This document shows, piece after piece, positions 18,019 through 29,802 of a stretch of DNA of 64,000 bases (positions within the stretch are counted from its first letter, which is position 1; each line of letters begins with the position of its first letter). The notes beneath the pieces were generated by a model. It was not told the origin of the DNA, ran no database searches, and saw only the letters and a program-made list of their open reading frames with translations. This stretch comes from Sulfurovum sp. Lineage in GTDB: Bacteria; Campylobacterota; Campylobacteria; Campylobacterales; Sulfurovaceae. The stretch lies in assembly GCA_011391015.1 (NCBI GenBank), contig JAABRH010000001.1, forward strand, positions 2,688 through 66,687. Direction: 5' to 3'. The translations under genes and the position numbers were made by a program.

Positions 18019-20640
18019 TTACGCCAAAAGGCCTTTTTTGGGACCGCTTTGTCCGCAGCAGTTTTTGTATTTGTTGCCTGAACCACATGGGCATGGGTCA
18101 TTTCTTTTGGGTTTCTTTTCGCTTGTGAGTGTCTTGCTTTTGTTTTTGCTTGGCGCATCGGTACTGAGTGTAGCGTCAGCAATGCTGCTCTCTAACTCTT
18201 CTCTGATGTGTTCTATTGCAGCTTCTTCCTCTTGGGGAGATTCAAAATTGAACTGTACCAGCTGAAGCACTTTAACTGCCTCTAACTTGATACGAACGAC
18301 AAGATCCGTAAAGAGTTTGTAACTCTCTTGTTTATACTCAGTAAGCGGGTCTTTTTGGTTGTACCCTCTAAGCCCTATACCGGTTTTAAGCACATCCATT
18401 TCATAGAGGTGGTCTCTCCATTGCGGGTCAAGCACCTGAAGATACAGGATACGTTCTATCTCCTGTCTTTGTTCTGTGCTGAGTTGGGACATTTTTGCTT
18501 CGTAAAGCGTTTCCATCATTTCAGTGATCATGGAAGTGATTTCTTCTACTTCTTTGGCTTTAAACTGTTCGCTTTTGACCTCGATGTGAAGCTCTTCTTT
18601 TATAAGCGCAGCCAGCTTGTCTGTATTGAAGTCCTCTGTCTGCATACCTGCAAAGATTTCAGCTTCACTCAAGAGGTAAGCGATGTACTCAGCGCGGTTT
18701 TCTTTGAGTTTTGCAGTCATATCAAAAGCTGGGTCAAGCAGCTGATTTCTAAAGGCATAGATGGCTTTTCTTTGATGGTTGGCAACATCATCATATTCCA
18801 AGATGTGTTTTCGTGATTCGTAGTGTTGGTTCTCTACTTTTTTCTGTGCTTTTTCAACCGAACGCGTGACGATTTTGGAATCGATAAATTCACCCTCTTC
18901 AACACCGAGTCTATTCATGATGTTTCTGATTTTCTCACCGCCAAAAATGCGGAGTAGATTGTCATCAAGACTTAAAAAGAACTGGCTTTCACCCGGATCG
19001 CCTTGTCGTCCTGAACGACCTCTGAGCTGGTTGTCTATACGTCTGCTTTCATGACGTTCTGTGCCCAATATCATCAGTCCGCCCAGACTTCTCACCTCAT
19101 CATTTATCTTGATATCTACCCCACGTCCAGCCATGTTGGTAGCAACAGTTACCGCTCCTTTTTGACCTGCATTGACGATGATTTCTGCTTCTTGAGCGTG
19201 GTTTTTGGCGTTGAGGATGTTGTGGGCGATTTTCTCTTTTTTGAGTCTTTCATGTATCATTTCTGATTTTTCGATGGAGGCTGTACCGATGAGTACAGGT
19301 TGTCCTTTTTGGTGTAGCTCTTTGACTCTTCGCACCACCGCATCCATTTTTTCGCGTTCTGTGTTGTAGATAAGGTCATTTTTGTCCATTCTTGCTACTG
19401 GAAGATTGGTCGGTATTGAGATGACATCAAGGTTGTAGATTTGTGAAAACTCTGTGGCTTCAGTTTGTGCTGTACCTGTCATACCCGCGAGTTTTTTGTA
19501 AAGCCTGAAGTAGTTTTGGTAAGTGATCTCTGCAAGCGTTTGCGACTCTTCCTGTATCTCTACACTCTCTTTGGCTTCAAGTGCCTGATGCAGCCCTTCA
19601 GAGTAACGGCGTCCCTCAGAGAGCCTGCCTGTAAATTCATCTACGATGATAATCTCATCATTTTGTACCACATAATCTACATCTTTTACAAAGATATAGT
19701 GCGCTTTAAGCGCCTGATCAAGATGATGGGAGAGGGCTGCATTTTCAAGATTGTAGAGGTTTTCCACTTCGAACAGGTCTTGCGCTTTTTGGAGTCCTTC
19801 TTCTGTCATGACAATCGTTCGGTTTTTTTCATCGACGATAAAATCACCCGTAGTTTGTTCAGGCTCACCAGGTTTTGTCGCTAACTTCTCTCCGCGTATC
19901 ATCTGTTTTGCGATGGCATTAGCCTGTGCATAGTGGTTATGGTCACGTTGGGTAGGCCCTGAGATGATGAGTGGTGTACGTGCTTCATCGATGAGGATGG
20001 AGTCCACTTCATCGACAATGGCATAATGATGTTCACGCTGCACTTTTTCTTCGGCACGTACTTTCATATTATCGCGCAGGTAGTCAAATCCGTATTCGTT
20101 ATTTGTTCCATAGGTGATATCGCAGGCATACTGTGTTTTTCGTTGCGCTTCATGGTGGATACCCGAGACGATACACCCTACGCTGTAACCTAAAAATTCA
20201 TACAAAGGTCTCATCTCTTCAGAGTCTCTAAGTGCCAGATAGTCATTCACTGTGACCACATGTACCCCTTTACCGCTCATGGCATTGAGTACCACAGAGA
20301 GTGTTGCAACCAGTGTTTTACCTTCACCGGTTTTCATCTCAGCGATGTTCCCATCGTTAAGAACCAATCCCCCGACCATTTGCACATCATAATGTCTCAT
20401 ACCCAAACTGCGCTTGGCAGCTTCTCTGGTGATGGCAAATGAGTCAACGAGAACTTCATCCACGGTTTTTATGCTGTTTTTTACCTCTTGTTTGAGTGCC
20501 TCAAACGTCGCCTTGAGCGTATCATCATCCATCGCTTCATAGGTGCTTTCCAGTGCATTGATGGTTTTTACTTTTTTGAGGTAGTTTTTGACGATTTTAT
20601 CATTTTGGGTGCCAAAGAGTTTAAGTACGCTTTTTATCAT
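18019..20640 (-). CDS. secA: Preprotein translocase ATPase SecA
   Basis: [44 protein letters not shown] motif [13 protein letters not shown]. Confidence 0.99.
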   Translation of the reverse strand: MIKSVLKLFGTQNDKIVKNYLKKVKTINALESTYEAMDDDTLKATFEALKQEVKNSIKTVDEVLVDSFAITREAAKRSLGMRHYDVQMVGGLVLNDGNIAEMKTGEGKTLVATLSVVLNAMSGKGVHVVTVNDYLALRDSEEMRPLYEFLGYSVGCIVSGIHHEAQRKTQYACDITYGTNNEYGFDYLRDNMKVRAEEKVQREHHYAIVDEVDSILIDEARTPLIISGPTQRDHNHYAQANAIAKQMIRGEKLATKPGEPEQTTGDFIVDEKNRTIVMTEEGLQKAQDLFEVENLYNLENAALSHHLDQALKAHYIFVKDVDYVVQNDEIIIVDEFTGRLSEGRRYSEGLHQALEAKESVEIQEESQTLAEITYQNYFRLYKKLAGMTGTAQTEATEFSQIYNLDVISIPTNLPVARMDKNDLIYNTEREKMDAVVRRVKELHQKGQPVLIGTASIEKSEMIHERLKKEKIAHNILNAKNHAQEAEIIVNAGQKGAVTVATNMAGRGVDIKINDEVRSLGGLMILGTERHESRRIDNQLRGRSGRQGDPGESQFFLSLDDNLLRIFGGEKIRNIMNRLGVEEGEFIDSKIVTRSVEKAQKKVENQHYESRKHILEYDDVANHQRKAIYAFRNQLLDPAFDMTAKLKENRAEYIAYLLSEAEIFAGMQTEDFNTDKLAALIKEELHIEVKSEQFKAKEVEEITSMITEMMETLYEAKMSQLSTEQRQEIERILYLQVLDPQWRDHLYEMDVLKTGIGLRGYNQKDPLTEYKQESYKLFTDLVVRIKLEAVKVLQLVQFNFESPQEEEAAIEHIREELESSIADATLSTDAPSKNKSKTLTSEKKPKRNDPCPCGSGNKYKNCCGQSGPKKGLLA

Positions 20641-20816
20641 GTAGGTTGAGCCTTTGCATAAATTGGGACTATTTTATCCAAATAGTGATTAATCTTCCGT
20701 TAAGTTAAGTGTGACGCTTTTGCATTGTTTGTAACAATTTGATGCACACAATCCCAGACATCATCGTGATACAAGTGCACTTTTGGTATAGTATAAACCC
20801 ACAGAAGGAATCAACT

Positions 20817-21338
20817 ATGAGAGTGTCGTTATTATTGCTATTGGTGTCATCTACAGTCTTTGCCGGTATCGCCCTGCCGGAAAATTTTCAGGCAGTATTT
20901 AGCCAGAAGATCACCAATACAAAAAAAACGGTCATTCATTACAGTGGAAAGGTTCGTTTTTCAAATGAAACCCTTTTTAAGTGGAGTTATGAGACCCCGA
21001 CGCAAAAAGAAGTATGTACCAACGGTTTGGAAATTTTGGTGGTTGACCATGATTTGGAACAGGTCTCTGTTTATCTGATAGATCAGGGCATCGATATCGC
21101 TAAAATACTCCAAAAAGCAGAACCAAAAGGTCAAAACATCTATGTGGCAGAATACGAAAACAAACAATACACCATACAGATAGATGCGCAAAAAAAGCTT
21201 CAGAGTATTGCCTATTTTGATGATTTGGACAATAAAGTGCAGATTGTATTTAAGCAGATGCGTTACGGCAAAGGTGAGTTGCCTGCATCCTCCATGCGAT
21301 GTGATTACCCTGCAGGGTACGACAAGATAGAAGGATAA
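20817..21338 (+). CDS. lolA: Outer-membrane lipoprotein chaperone LolA
   Basis: Signal peptide, FSQKIT, FKWSYETP, VDHDLEQV; SD GAAGGA before ATG 20817. Confidence 0.85.
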   Translation: MRVSLLLLLVSSTVFAGIALPENFQAVFSQKITNTKKTVIHYSGKVRFSNETLFKWSYETPTQKEVCTNGLEILVVDHDLEQVSVYLIDQGIDIAKILQKAEPKGQNIYVAEYENKQYTIQIDAQKKLQSIAYFDDLDNKVQIVFKQMRYGKGELPASSMRCDYPAGYDKIEG

Positions 21339-21345
21339 AGAAGCA

Positions 21346-21861
21346 GTGCAAGAGTTGGCCTTAAAAATGCAAAACGATTTTAACTGGACTTTTATGGGTG
21401 GTTTGGCACTGGCGATACTGCTTTTTATTGTCTTGGTCGTGGTTGTCTCAGCAATGCGGGTCAAGACCTATAAAGACCGCTTTTTGGATGTCTCTTCGGA
21501 TAACACCGATAAGACAGAGACTATCGCGGCTTTGGAGAGTGAAAGAAAAGCTCTCAAGAGTAAAAATGCACACAATGAGCAAACCCTAAAAGAGTTTGCT
21601 CATACAAAAGAGGTACTTCAGACAACTCAAGTCTCACTCTCCCAACTCCAAGAAAACTACGCGACACTTGAAAAAGAGCTTGCACAAACTCTATCACGAT
21701 TTGAAACACTCCAAACGATGCACCAGTCACTCACGCAGGAGCACATAGCCTTTAAGGAGCAGTATGATGCTTTGCAGGAAGACATTAATAGGCTTCGCAC
21801 AAACAATGCCCGTTTACTGATGAAACTCCAAAGCGAAGAGCGTCAGTCTTCTTCTAGATAA
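21346..21861 (+). CDS. Single-TM coiled-coil hypothetical protein
   Basis: One hydrophobic helix followed by heptad-rich sequence. Confidence 0.7.
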   Translation: MQELALKMQNDFNWTFMGGLALAILLFIVLVVVVSAMRVKTYKDRFLDVSSDNTDKTETIAALESERKALKSKNAHNEQTLKEFAHTKEVLQTTQVSLSQLQENYATLEKELAQTLSRFETLQTMHQSLTQEHIAFKEQYDALQEDINRLRTNNARLLMKLQSEERQSSSR

Positions 21862-21942
21862 GACAAGATGCTTTGCACTTCTCTTCCACTTTCAGCACAT
21901 TATGCTAAAATCCCATACATAAATAAGATACAAGGATAATAC

Positions 21943-23538
21943 TTGCTTAGTACGGTAAATTTAACACAACGATATGGAAAAAGAGTGCTTTTTGATAAAA
22001 TCAACATCACGCTGGATGTGGGCAAACGTTACGGTCTCATCGGTGCCAATGGTGCGGGTAAATCGACATTTCTTAAAATTTTATCTGGTGAATTGGAGCA
22101 AAGTGACGGAGAAGTACAGCTTCAAGCCGGTCTGAAACTGGGTGTTTTAAGTCAAAACCAGTACGCCTTTGAAGACTATACGCTTAAAGATGCCGTATTG
22201 TACGGAAACAAAAAACTTTTTGATGCCCAAAAAGAGAAAGAAAAACTTTATATGGAAGGCGATTTCGAGAGTGACGAAGTCAATAACCGTTTGGGTGAAC
22301 TCGAGATGATCTGCGCCGATGAAGACCCTACGTATGAGTCTGATGTCAAGATAGAAAAACTGCTCCAGTCTCTAGGTTTCCCTCCTGAACAGCACAATGA
22401 TCTGATGTCTTCGCTCACGGGTGGCGATAAGTTTAAGATATTGCTGGCGCAAGTACTCTTTTTGAAACCCGATGTGCTTCTGTTGGATGAGCCAACCAAC
22501 AACCTTGATATGGATACCATCTCATGGCTTGAAAATGAACTTAAACGCCACGAGGGAACCTTGCTCGTTATCTCTCACGATAGACACTTTATTAACGGTG
22601 TCGTGACACACATCCTTGATCTTGACTTTCAAAATATCCGTGAATTTACGGGCAATTATGATGAGTGGTATATCGCTGCCAACCTCATAGCCAAACAAGC
22701 CCAAACAGACCGAGACAAAGCCCTCAAGGAAAAAGGAGATTTGGAAAAATTTATCGCACGATTTTCTGCCAATGCTTCTAAAGCAAAACAGGCTACAAGC
22801 CGCCAAAAACAACTTGACAAACTCGATGTACAGGAGATTAAACTCTCAAGCAGACGCGACCCCAGCATCATGTTCAAGCCTCACAGAGACATCGGTAACG
22901 AAGTACTTGAGGTTGAAGGACTTTCTAAAAGTTATGGTGACCTCAAAGTATTTGAAGATGTCACTTTCAAACTGGACAAAGGTGAAAAGATCGCCATCAT
23001 CGGTGGTAACGGTGTGGGTAAAACAACACTACTCAAGATACTCATGGGTGAACTTGAAGCTGATGCAGGCATCTTCAAATGGGGTCAAACCATCACCACA
23101 AGCTACTTCCCACAAAACACTACTGATATGGTCACAGGAGAGGAAGAACTACCACAGTGGATACAAAACTTTGATCCTAAATGGCACATCGATGACATCC
23201 GAAAAACACTCGGGCGTATGCTTTTCACCGGTGAAGAGCAGAAGAAAAAAGTAAACAGTTGTTCGGGTGGAGAAAAACACCGTGTAATGCTTTCCAAGAT
23301 GATGATGGATGCAGCAAACTTTTTAGTGATGGACGAGCCGAATAACCACCTAGACCTTGAAGCGATTATCGCACTGGGTGAAGCTCTGTACAACTATCAA
23401 GGCGGTGTCATCTGTGTCTCTCACGACAGAGAACTCATCGATGCCTTTGCTACTAGAATAATACAAATCAAAGAAGACGGAAGCATTGTCGATTTTCATG
23501 GCGATTATGAAAGTTTTGTAGAGCAGTTTGAACACTAA
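21943..23538 (+). CDS. ABC-F family ATPase (YbiT-like)
   Basis: Two ABC domains (GANGAGKS, GGNGVGKT, DEPTNNLD), no TM, linker RFSANASKAKQATSR. Confidence 0.93.
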   Translation: MLSTVNLTQRYGKRVLFDKINITLDVGKRYGLIGANGAGKSTFLKILSGELEQSDGEVQLQAGLKLGVLSQNQYAFEDYTLKDAVLYGNKKLFDAQKEKEKLYMEGDFESDEVNNRLGELEMICADEDPTYESDVKIEKLLQSLGFPPEQHNDLMSSLTGGDKFKILLAQVLFLKPDVLLLDEPTNNLDMDTISWLENELKRHEGTLLVISHDRHFINGVVTHILDLDFQNIREFTGNYDEWYIAANLIAKQAQTDRDKALKEKGDLEKFIARFSANASKAKQATSRQKQLDKLDVQEIKLSSRRDPSIMFKPHRDIGNEVLEVEGLSKSYGDLKVFEDVTFKLDKGEKIAIIGGNGVGKTTLLKILMGELEADAGIFKWGQTITTSYFPQNTTDMVTGEEELPQWIQNFDPKWHIDDIRKTLGRMLFTGEEQKKKVNSCSGGEKHRVMLSKMMMDAANFLVMDEPNNHLDLEAIIALGEALYNYQGGVICVSHDRELIDAFATRIIQIKEDGSIVDFHGDYESFVEQFEH

Positions 23539-23556
23539 CATAGTAATTATATATCT

Positions 23557-23588
23557 AAAAGATTTCATTGTATAAATGAAATCTTTTT
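23557..23588 (+). terminator. Rho-independent terminator after ABC-F
   Basis: AAAAGATTTCATT-GTATA-AATGAAATCTTTT plus T run. Confidence 0.75.
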
Positions 23589-23695
23589 TATCTTCCTGTT
23601 ATATAAAGATATTTTTCTCTAAATAAAAATATATCTTCACATTCACTTCATACTAATATTTTATACTTCCTTATCTTTAAAAAGAAAGGATTTAC

Positions 23696-23833
23696 ATGAA
23701 AAGATTAGCAACAATGTTACTTCTAGCAATCGGTTTGGCATCAAGTGCATCGGCACATCATATGGCACAATCTGACACAGCAGGGGTAAATATTCCTGAG
23801 TCTTCACCACATCTATTGATGACATTTTATTAA
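23696..23833 (+). CDS. 45-aa secreted small protein
   Basis: MKRLATMLLLAIGLASSASA-HHMAQSDTAGVNIPESSPHLLMTFY; SD AAGGA, TATACT at 23662, downstream hairpin; absent from ORF track. Confidence 0.75.
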   Translation: MKRLATMLLLAIGLASSASAHHMAQSDTAGVNIPESSPHLLMTFY

Positions 23834-23856
23834 TAAATAAAATATTCTCTCTCCCC

Positions 23857-23889
23857 AAGACATATTCTAAATTCAGGATATGTCTTTTT
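23857..23889 (+). terminator. Terminator after the small ORF
   Basis: AAGACATATTCT-AAATTC-AGGATATGTCTT (one G-U pair) plus T run. Confidence 0.65.
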
Positions 23890-23942
23890 AGCCTCTAAAC
23901 TAGTCTAGCCCCTAAACTCATTATAAGATGAGACTGAGTCTT

Positions 23943-24680
23943 TCAGGCGATATTCGTATACACCATCTGAACATCATCATCATCTTCGAGTTTGTCGATG
24001 AGGATGTCTATCTCTTCCATGTGGGCTTCGTCTAGTTCTATTGGGGTGTTGGCGATGTACTCTAGGGTGGCTTTTTTGACCTCAATTTTTTTCTCTTCAA
24101 GCGCTTTAGAAAGTTCTCCGAATGAAGTGTAGTCTCCATAGACTCTGATGATGGCGATATCATCACCGTTTTCCTGAGGTTCTACATCTTCTTCTATCTC
24201 TTCAAGACCAAAGTCTATGAGTTCCAGTTCAAGCTCTTCAATGTCCATCTCTGCTGTTTTATTGAAGACAAAGATACATTTTTTGGTAAACATAAAGTTC
24301 AGTGAACCTGAGGTAAGCATCTCGCCATTGTTACGGTTGAGAATGGCTTTGACGTTGGCAACGGTTCTGGTGTTGTTGTCTGTGGCACATTCGATGATCA
24401 TCTGTACACCATGACTAGCTTTGACATCATAGGTAATCTCTTTGATGTCCGCAAGATCTTTGGCTGCGGCTCTTTTGATGGCGGCATCTATGTTGTCTTT
24501 TGGCATATTTTGCGCTTTGGCATTGAGGATGGCGGTGCGCAGTTTAGGGTTCATGTCCGGGTCTTGCCCGCCGTCTTTGGCTGCCATCGTGATGATCTTA
24601 CCTAGTTTGGGAAATACCCGTGACATGGTTCCCCATCGTTTCATTTTTGCTGCTTTTCGGTATTCGAACGCTCTACCCAT
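23943..24680 (-). CDS. yebC: YebC/PmpR-family protein
   Basis: [43 protein letters not shown]. Confidence 0.95.
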   Translation of the reverse strand: MGRAFEYRKAAKMKRWGTMSRVFPKLGKIITMAAKDGGQDPDMNPKLRTAILNAKAQNMPKDNIDAAIKRAAAKDLADIKEITYDVKASHGVQMIIECATDNNTRTVANVKAILNRNNGEMLTSGSLNFMFTKKCIFVFNKTAEMDIEELELELIDFGLEEIEEDVEPQENGDDIAIIRVYGDYTSFGELSKALEEKKIEVKKATLEYIANTPIELDEAHMEEIDILIDKLEDDDDVQMVYTNIA

Positions 24681-24804
24681 ATTGTGCTTCCTTAGAGTTG
24701 TAATGGGCATAATTATATCCCATTTTACTTAAGTACATCGGGCATATTGAAGCATGATGAGAGTCTCTAAACGCTATAATTTCCAAAAAAATCAAAGGAT
24801 ACCC

Positions 24805-25122
24805 ATGACACTTGAAGCCCTACAAAACATCATCCAAACAGAAGTGGGTGTGCTGCTGTATTTTTCAGGTGAACACTGCAATGTCTGCCATGCACTCAGA
24901 CCCAAGTTTCAAGAGCTGTTTGATGCAGCGTTTCCGCAGATAAAGCAGATCTATCTGGATGCACATGAAAATCTTGAGATCTCTGTACACTTTGCGGTTT
25001 TTTCAGTACCTACGATGATTGTATTTTTGGATGGAAAAGAGTTTGCGCGCGAAGGCAGAGCGGTAAGTCTGCATAAACTTACCGAGCAGATAAAGCGTCC
25101 GTACAAGATGATGACAGAGTAG
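24805..25122 (+). CDS. Thioredoxin-family protein
   Basis: CNVC active site, VPT cis-Pro motif; SD AAGGA. Confidence 0.85.
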   Translation: MTLEALQNIIQTEVGVLLYFSGEHCNVCHALRPKFQELFDAAFPQIKQIYLDAHENLEISVHFAVFSVPTMIVFLDGKEFAREGRAVSLHKLTEQIKRPYKMMTE

Positions 25123-25125
25123 TAT

Positions 25126-25503
25126 TTACTCTTTAGTGATGATAGAGATATTTTCAAAATTTTTGGATTTTAAAATGTCGATGATGTCTACAAAGTGCTG
25201 AAATTCTGAACTTTTGTCCATATTGAGTGAGACTAGGTCTTTTTTTGGGTCGAGCGTGACCAGTTTTTCTTTTATCTGTTCCAGACTCAACGCTTCTTTA
25301 TCGTAAAAATATTTTCCCTCTTTATCGATGGCAATGTGAATGCTTTTTTTCTCTTCACTTTTTTTGGCACTGGCTGAGGGCAGATCGACTACAATGGTTT
25401 TGTTTTTGACAAAGGTCGAAGTCGCAAGGATGATAACCAAAAGCACCAGCACGATGTCTATGAACGGTACAACGTTCATCTTGTCAAAGCGTTCGCGTCT
25501 CAT
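25126..25503 (-). CDS. exbD: Biopolymer transport protein ExbD
   Basis: NVVPFIDIVLVLLVI, VDLPSAS. Confidence 0.93.
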   Translation of the reverse strand: MRRERFDKMNVVPFIDIVLVLLVIILATSTFVKNKTIVVDLPSASAKKSEEKKSIHIAIDKEGKYFYDKEALSLEQIKEKLVTLDPKKDLVSLNMDKSSEFQHFVDIIDILKSKNFENISIITKE

Positions 25504-25596
25504 TTAACGGTTCCTTTCTGGGCAAAGCCCAAGAAAGGACTCTTCGGCAGAGTGCCCATACGGCTAGCCGTATTGAAGATATGTGTCTCAAACATC
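25504..25596. repeat. GC-rich multi-hairpin element between exbB and exbD
   Basis: Hairpin 25512-25539, small hairpin 25539-25553, perfect palindrome ATACGGCTAGCCGTAT at 25558-25573. Confidence 0.6.
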
Positions 25597-26034
25597 TTAT
25601 TTTTGATCCTGCATGATTTCCCATTTGGATAAAAGGGTATCCACTTTGGTGAGTAGGGCGTTGTAGAGTACGGTGGCAGGGATAGCGACTACCAGTCCAG
25701 CTGCAGTGGCTTTGAGTGCTAGGGCAAGGTGTTTCATGATTTCACCCGGGTCAATGGTATCTTGCTGGTCTCCGATGATGTAAAAAGTCAAAATAATCGC
25801 AAGGACAGTTCCCAAAAGTCCGATATAAGGCGCATTAGAGCCAATGGATGCAATAGTGGCAAGACGTTTGGAGAGGTCTATCTCAAGGGCAAGTTTATGA
25901 CTGTAGTCAGAGAGCTTGACAGAGCGGAAAAAAAGTACTCTTTCTATAGCATACGCAAAGGTGATGAAACTCAAAAAAATAAGTAAACCAATCACTCCAT
26001 AATCTACGACGTCTTTGAGTTGTTCAATAGGCAT
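25597..26034 (-). CDS. exbB: Biopolymer transport protein ExbB
   Basis: SNAPYIGLLGTV, ALKATAAGLVVAIPA. Confidence 0.93.
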   Translation of the reverse strand: MPIEQLKDVVDYGVIGLLIFLSFITFAYAIERVLFFRSVKLSDYSHKLALEIDLSKRLATIASIGSNAPYIGLLGTVLAIILTFYIIGDQQDTIDPGEIMKHLALALKATAAGLVVAIPATVLYNALLTKVDTLLSKWEIMQDQK

Positions 26035-26267
26035 ATCATTTCCTAATTCAGTAAAGTTTGAGAATTATATTCTAAGTATGGTAAGAGAATGTTAATAGCT
26101 TAAATCAGCCAAAATAAGCGATTTTATACTAAATATTATGTTAACCATAAAATAGTAAAAAAGTATCATAATCCATTTTAAGGTGTCTAAAATCGATTTT
26201 GAGCGACTTTTAAGCCCAGATAGACATCCTATAAGGTAGAATAAATGACTTTATTTGAAGGAAGAAA

Positions 26268-28763
26268 ATGGCAGATTTGTTTGAAGACCATAACAATACA
26301 CAAGAGATTTTAATCGAAGACAGTATGAAAGCCAGCTATCTTGACTACTCCATGAGTGTCATTGTAGGTAGAGCCTTACCTGATGCAAGAGACGGCTTAA
26401 AGCCTGTACACAGACGTATACTGTATGCGATGAATGATTTGAGTTTGGCACATAGAAGCCCCTATAAAAAATCCGCCCGTATCGTCGGGGATGTTATCGG
26501 TAAGTATCACCCGCATGGTGACAGTTCAGTGTATGATGCATTGGTGCGTATGGCACAGGATTTCTCTATGCAGGCACCACTTGTAGATGGACAAGGTAAC
26601 TTTGGTTCGGTCGATGGCGACAATGCTGCAGCGATGCGGTACACTGAAGCGCGTATGACCAAGATAGCAGAAGAGCTTTTGAATGATCTTGAAAAAGATA
26701 CGGTGGATTTTGTACCTAACTATGATGACTCTATGCGTGAACCTGACGTGCTTCCTTCACGTGTTCCAAACCTGTTGCTCAACGGTTCAAGCGGTATTGC
26801 AGTCGGTATGGCGACCAACATCCCTCCTCATAGACTGGATGAGATTATCGATGCCCATATCTATCGTATCGATAATCCTGATTCAACGATTGAAGAGATA
26901 ATGAAGATCGTGCATGGTCCTGACTTTCCAACGGGCGGGATTATTTTTGGTCGCAAAGGGATCACTGATGCGTACACTACAGGACGTGGACGTATCAAGG
27001 TACGTGCTAAAACGCACATTGAACAAAAGGGAAACAAAGAGATTATCGTCATCGATGAACTGCCTTATCAGGTAAACAAAGCACGACTCATAGAAAATAT
27101 CGCTCAACTGGTGCGAGACAAACAGATAGAAGGTATCTCTGAGTTACGTGATGAGTCTGACCGTGAAGGGATGAGGGTTGTGTTTGAACTCAAACGCGAT
27201 GCCATGAGTGAGATCGTGCTCAATAACCTCTTTAAAAGTTCACAAATGCAAGTGACCTTCGGTATTATCATGCTGGCGATTGTCAACAAAGAGCCAAAAG
27301 TATTTAAACTGATGGAACTTTTGGATCTGTTTTTAAGACACAGAAAAACCATTGTCATCAGAAGAACCATTTTTGATCTTGAAAAAGCAAGAGCCAGAGC
27401 GCATATTTTGGAAGGTCTCAAGATCGCTGTCGATAACATTGATGAGGTCATCAAGATCATCCGTGCTTCAGCCGACGATGTCGTAGCAAAAGAGAGCCTG
27501 ATGAGCAGATTCAAACTCTCTGAAATCCAGGCAAAAGCCATCTTAGAGATGAGACTCAGACGTCTTACGGGTCTTGAGATAGAAAAAATCGAAAGTGAAT
27601 TGGCTGAACTGCTCAGACTCATAGCCGAACTTGAGTCTATCTTGAAAAGTGAAGAGAAAATCAATGCCATCATTCGTGAAGAGTTGGTTGAGATTCGTGA
27701 AAAATACAGCACTCCACGCCGTACAGAAATCGTCGATGATTATGATGATATTGATGTCGAAGATTTGATCCCCAATGAGCCAATGGTAGTAACCATCACG
27801 CACCGTGGATACATCAAACGTGTACCGGTGAAACAATACGAGAAACAACACCGTGGCGGCAAAGGAAAAATCGCAGTCACGACCTATGATGATGACTTCA
27901 TCGAACGCTTCTTTACATCCGATACGCATGACACACTGATGTTTGTTACTGACAGAGGACAGCTCTACTGGCTCAAAGTCTACCGCATTCCTGAAGGAAG
28001 CCGTACTGCCAAAGGCAAGGCTGTGGTTAACCTGATCAATCTTCAGCAAGATGAGAAGATCATGGCAATCATCCCGACAACGGATTTTGATGAAGACAAA
28101 GGGTTGGTGTTCTTTACGAAAAAAGGTATCGTCAAACGAACCAATCTTTCAGAATACGCCAACATCAGAAGCAATGGTGTCAGAGCGATTAACCTTGATG
28201 AAGATGATGCACTCGTAGAAGCACAAATCGTTAAACCGGATACCAAATGGCTCTTTATCGCAACCAAAAAAGGGCTATGTATAAGGTTTAAGGTAGAAGA
28301 TGCAAGAGAGATCGGCAGAGTAGCACGGGGTGTTACGGCGATCAAGTTTAAAATCGAAGAGGATTATGTCTGTGGTGCGATCACCATAGAAGACGAAGAA
28401 GATGAACTCTTGATGCTGAGCGAAAAAGGGCTCGGCAAGCGTACCACCGCCAGTGAATACCGTGAACAAAACCGTGCCGGCAAAGGGGTGATTTCGATGA
28501 AACTTACACCTAAAACAGGTGATGTGGTCGGTGTGGTTGCTGTTGAAGAGACACAAGATTTGATGTGTTTAACAAGTGTTGGTAAGATGATACGCGTAGA
28601 TATGGAGACCATTCGTAAAGCAGGAAGAAACACTTCAGGAGTGAAGATAGTCAGTGTTGAAGCCAAAGACAAGGTAGTGAGTATTGCAAAATGTACCAAA
28701 GAAGAGTCAGAAGATGACTTTGAAGACGAAAATAATACAGATGATACATTAGGGTTGGAATAA
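26268..28763 (+). CDS. gyrA: DNA gyrase subunit A
   Basis: [24 protein letters not shown], GyrA box QHRGGKG. Confidence 0.99.
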   Translation: MADLFEDHNNTQEILIEDSMKASYLDYSMSVIVGRALPDARDGLKPVHRRILYAMNDLSLAHRSPYKKSARIVGDVIGKYHPHGDSSVYDALVRMAQDFSMQAPLVDGQGNFGSVDGDNAAAMRYTEARMTKIAEELLNDLEKDTVDFVPNYDDSMREPDVLPSRVPNLLLNGSSGIAVGMATNIPPHRLDEIIDAHIYRIDNPDSTIEEIMKIVHGPDFPTGGIIFGRKGITDAYTTGRGRIKVRAKTHIEQKGNKEIIVIDELPYQVNKARLIENIAQLVRDKQIEGISELRDESDREGMRVVFELKRDAMSEIVLNNLFKSSQMQVTFGIIMLAIVNKEPKVFKLMELLDLFLRHRKTIVIRRTIFDLEKARARAHILEGLKIAVDNIDEVIKIIRASADDVVAKESLMSRFKLSEIQAKAILEMRLRRLTGLEIEKIESELAELLRLIAELESILKSEEKINAIIREELVEIREKYSTPRRTEIVDDYDDIDVEDLIPNEPMVVTITHRGYIKRVPVKQYEKQHRGGKGKIAVTTYDDDFIERFFTSDTHDTLMFVTDRGQLYWLKVYRIPEGSRTAKGKAVVNLINLQQDEKIMAIIPTTDFDEDKGLVFFTKKGIVKRTNLSEYANIRSNGVRAINLDEDDALVEAQIVKPDTKWLFIATKKGLCIRFKVEDAREIGRVARGVTAIKFKIEEDYVCGAITIEDEEDELLMLSEKGLGKRTTASEYREQNRAGKGVISMKLTPKTGDVVGVVAVEETQDLMCLTSVGKMIRVDMETIRKAGRNTSGVKIVSVEAKDKVVSIAKCTKEESEDDFEDENNTDDTLGLE

Positions 28764-28764
28764 C

Positions 28765-29802
28765 GTGAAAAAATATAATATAGCAGTAGTCGGTGCCAGC
28801 GGTGCCGTGGGTGAAGAGCTTTTTAGAGTACTTGATGAGATGGATTTTCCTGTGGGCAATCTTTTGCCCTTGGCCAGTGCAAAATCTGCAGGAAGTACGA
28901 TAGAGTTTAAAGACAAAGTGTATAAGATAGAAGAGTTGACCGAAACAGTGTTTGAAGACAGAAATATCGACATCGCTTTCTTCTCTGCAGGAGGAAGCAT
29001 CTCTGCACATTTTGCGAAGTATGCAGTCGCTTCAGGTGCAGTGGTCATCGACAATACATCTCATTTTAGAATGGATTCAAAGATACCTTTGGTCGTGCCT
29101 GAAGTCAATCCTGAAGACATTAGCTTATGGAGAGAGACGGGCATCATTGCAAACCCTAACTGCTCTACGATACAGATGGTGCAGTTGCTCAAGCCCTTAC
29201 ATGATCTGTATGGCATCAAAAGAGTCGATGTCAGTACCTATCAGGCAGTCAGCGGTGCAGGGAAAAAAGGGATGGAAGAGTTAGTGAAACAGATGCAGGC
29301 TTTTTTCAACTTTAGCCTAGATGAAGCAGAAGTCAAAGCATTTGCCCACCGCATTGCACTCAATGTCATCCCGCATATCGACACGCCTCAGGAAAACGGC
29401 TACACCAAAGAAGAGATGAAGATGGTCAATGAGACCAATAAAATCATGCACAGCTCTTTTGCAGTCAGTGCTACTTGTGTACGTGTACCGGTCCTCAGAA
29501 GCCACTCTGAGTCCATCACGGTTACCTTTAAAGAGGGTGTGGATGTGGATGTAGCCAAGGCTAGAGAAGTGCTAGGAAACTTTGAAAACGTCACGGTACA
29601 GGATGATATGGCAAACAACCTTTACCCGATGCCACTCACTTCCACTGATACGGATGAGACCTATGTCGGACGTATCCGTAAAGACTTGTTTGCAAACAAC
29701 ATTTTGCATCTTTGGGGTGTTGCCGATCAGGTTAGAGTAGGGGCTGCCACCAATGCAGTAAGAATTGCACAAAAATGGATCAAACTGGAGGAGAATGCCT
29801 AA
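28765..29802 (+). CDS. asd: Aspartate-semialdehyde dehydrogenase
   Basis: VVGASGAVG, NPNCSTIQ, YQAVSGAG, GAATNAV. Confidence 0.97.
   Translation: MKKYNIAVVGASGAVGEELFRVLDEMDFPVGNLLPLASAKSAGSTIEFKDKVYKIEELTETVFEDRNIDIAFFSAGGSISAHFAKYAVASGAVVIDNTSHFRMDSKIPLVVPEVNPEDISLWRETGIIANPNCSTIQMVQLLKPLHDLYGIKRVDVSTYQAVSGAGKKGMEELVKQMQAFFNFSLDEAEVKAFAHRIALNVIPHIDTPQENGYTKEEMKMVNETNKIMHSSFAVSATCVRVPVLRSHSESITVTFKEGVDVDVAKAREVLGNFENVTVQDDMANNLYPMPLTSTDTDETYVGRIRKDLFANNILHLWGVADQVRVGAATNAVRIAQKWIKLEENA

Noticed and set aside
26058-26076. Possible Fur box over the exbB -10
   Set aside because: Only one 7-bp half matches well and the rest is the TATAAT box itself; plausible but unsupported.
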